25,632 nucleotides of DNA from a virus: UHGV virus genome UHGV-0369746; one strand, written 5' to 3'. The position numbers and the translations under genes were made by a program. The stretch's first letter is position 1; each line of letters opens with the position of its first letter. Under the pieces are notes generated by a model. The model saw only the letters and a program-made list of their open reading frames with translations, was not told the DNA's origin and did no database searches. Positions 24,856-25,632 of this stretch are shown piece by piece.

Positions 24856-25323
24856 TCATCGAAGGCATTGCGTCCTGATGTATTCCTGAAGCGTTCTCAG
24901 TGCTGTTTGGTCGCGGATAATTCCGTCCCGGATACCGAGAACGTTTCGTCCAGCAACTGGAGAGAGTTCGACGGTGGCATCATTGCCCATGCCGGAGGCG
25001 CTGGAGGTTTCGGCTGAGGATGGCACAGGGCATTTTCCTTTGACGAGCACCCGACCACCATTATCAAGCTTGCGCCGAAGAGCATCATTTTCAGCTTTCG
25101 CATCAGCTAACTCCTTCGTGTATTTATCATCGAGTGCATCAGCATCACGCTGGCGCTGCTGCATGTCAGTAATGGTGGCGTTCGCCTTCTCCAGTTCACT
25201 GGCCTTGTTATCGCGCTGTTCTTTGTAGGCGATTGCATTATCACGGTAATGATTAACAGCCAATGACAGGCAGACGATGATGCAGATAACCAGAGCGGAG
25301 ATAATCGCGGTTACTCTGCTCAT
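24856..25323 (-). CDS. Rz: Spanin, inner membrane subunit Rz (i-spanin)
   Basis: N-terminal transmembrane segment [30 protein letters not shown] followed by a coiled-coil-like region; start ATG overlaps the stop of the upstream endolysin (ATGA); matches lambdoid Rz as recalled. The track ORF starts 4 codons upstream. Confidence 0.9.
   Translation of the reverse strand: MSRVTAIISALVICIIVCLSLAVNHYRDNAIAYKEQRDNKASELEKANATITDMQQRQRDADALDDKYTKELADAKAENDALRRKLDNGGRVLVKGKCPVPSSAETSSASGMGNDATVELSPVAGRNVLGIRDGIIRDQTALRTLQEYIRTQCLR
24897..25103 (-). CDS. Rz1: Spanin, outer membrane lipoprotein subunit Rz1 (o-spanin), embedded in Rz in an alternate frame
   Basis: 68-aa ORF wholly inside Rz in a different frame; lipoprotein signal with lipobox (LIMVVGCSS) and Pro-rich mature part ([16 protein letters not shown]), as in lambda Rz1. 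Confidence 0.8.
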   Translation of the reverse strand: MRKLKMMLFGASLIMVVGCSSKENALCHPQPKPPAPPAWAMMPPSNSLQLLDETFSVSGTELSATKQH

Positions 25324-25632
25324 TGTTTCCCCCACAAACAGACTTCACGCTCAATCTCACGGCGAGTCATCAGTCCTTTCCATTGATTACCGCCAGCGTA
25401 TGTCCAGCGCCGTAGCTGATCACATGCGCCTTTAATATCACCCTGGTTTATTTTGCGAAGAAGCGTCGATGTTCTGAAATTGCCAGCACCCACGTTGTAG
25501 ACGAACGAGTAAAGAGCGCCGCGCGTTGTTTCCGGTATATCGACTTTGATGTACCGGTTAATTTGTCTGGCGACAGTGGCAAGGTCTTTATTCAGGAGGG
25601 CTTTGCACTCTGCTTCGGTATACGTTTTACCG
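25320..25632 (-). CDS. R: Endolysin R, C-terminal part (phage-21-type lysozyme; 5' end beyond window)
   Basis: Minus-strand translation of the window end gives …[99 protein letters not shown], matching the C-terminal half of the phage 21 SAR endolysin as recalled, not lambda R. Truncated by the window edge. Confidence 0.85.
   Translation of the reverse strand, partial: GKTYTEAECKALLNKDLATVARQINRYIKVDIPETTRGALYSFVYNVGAGNFRTSTLLRKINQGDIKGACDQLRRWTYAGGNQWKGLMTRREIEREVCLWGKQ

Overview
The window is almost entirely the morphogenetic (late) arm of a lambda-like phage or prophage, encoded on the minus strand and colinear with Escherichia phage lambda: nu1-A-W-B-C(nu3)-D-E-FI-FII-Z-U-V-G/GT-H-M-L-K-I-J-lom-stf-tfa, running from about 23.3 kb down to 0.2 kb. 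Gene identities come from reading the supplied translations against lambda proteins recalled from memory; no database search was run. Packing is lambda-typical, with ATGA-type stop/start overlaps, the 103-nt K/I overlap, and the GGGAAAG slippery site joining G to T. An internal cos site (cosN at 23453-23464, with three Nu1-binding R repeats) separates nu1 from the opposite genome end. That end carries two AT-rich plus-strand moron genes (YlcI/DUF3950-like and YbcV/DUF1398-like), then Rz/Rz1 and the 3' part of a phage-21-type endolysin on the minus strand. I see no tRNA, rRNA, CRISPR array, IS element or integrase. I also see no convincing evidence for a novel multi-gene system: the parts that depart from canonical lambda are the J C-terminus, the distal side tail fibre, the moron/lysis end, and a series of hairpin-plus-U-tract structures in intergenic gaps. 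Long plus-strand ORFs in the track are antisense artefacts of the GC-rich structural genes.
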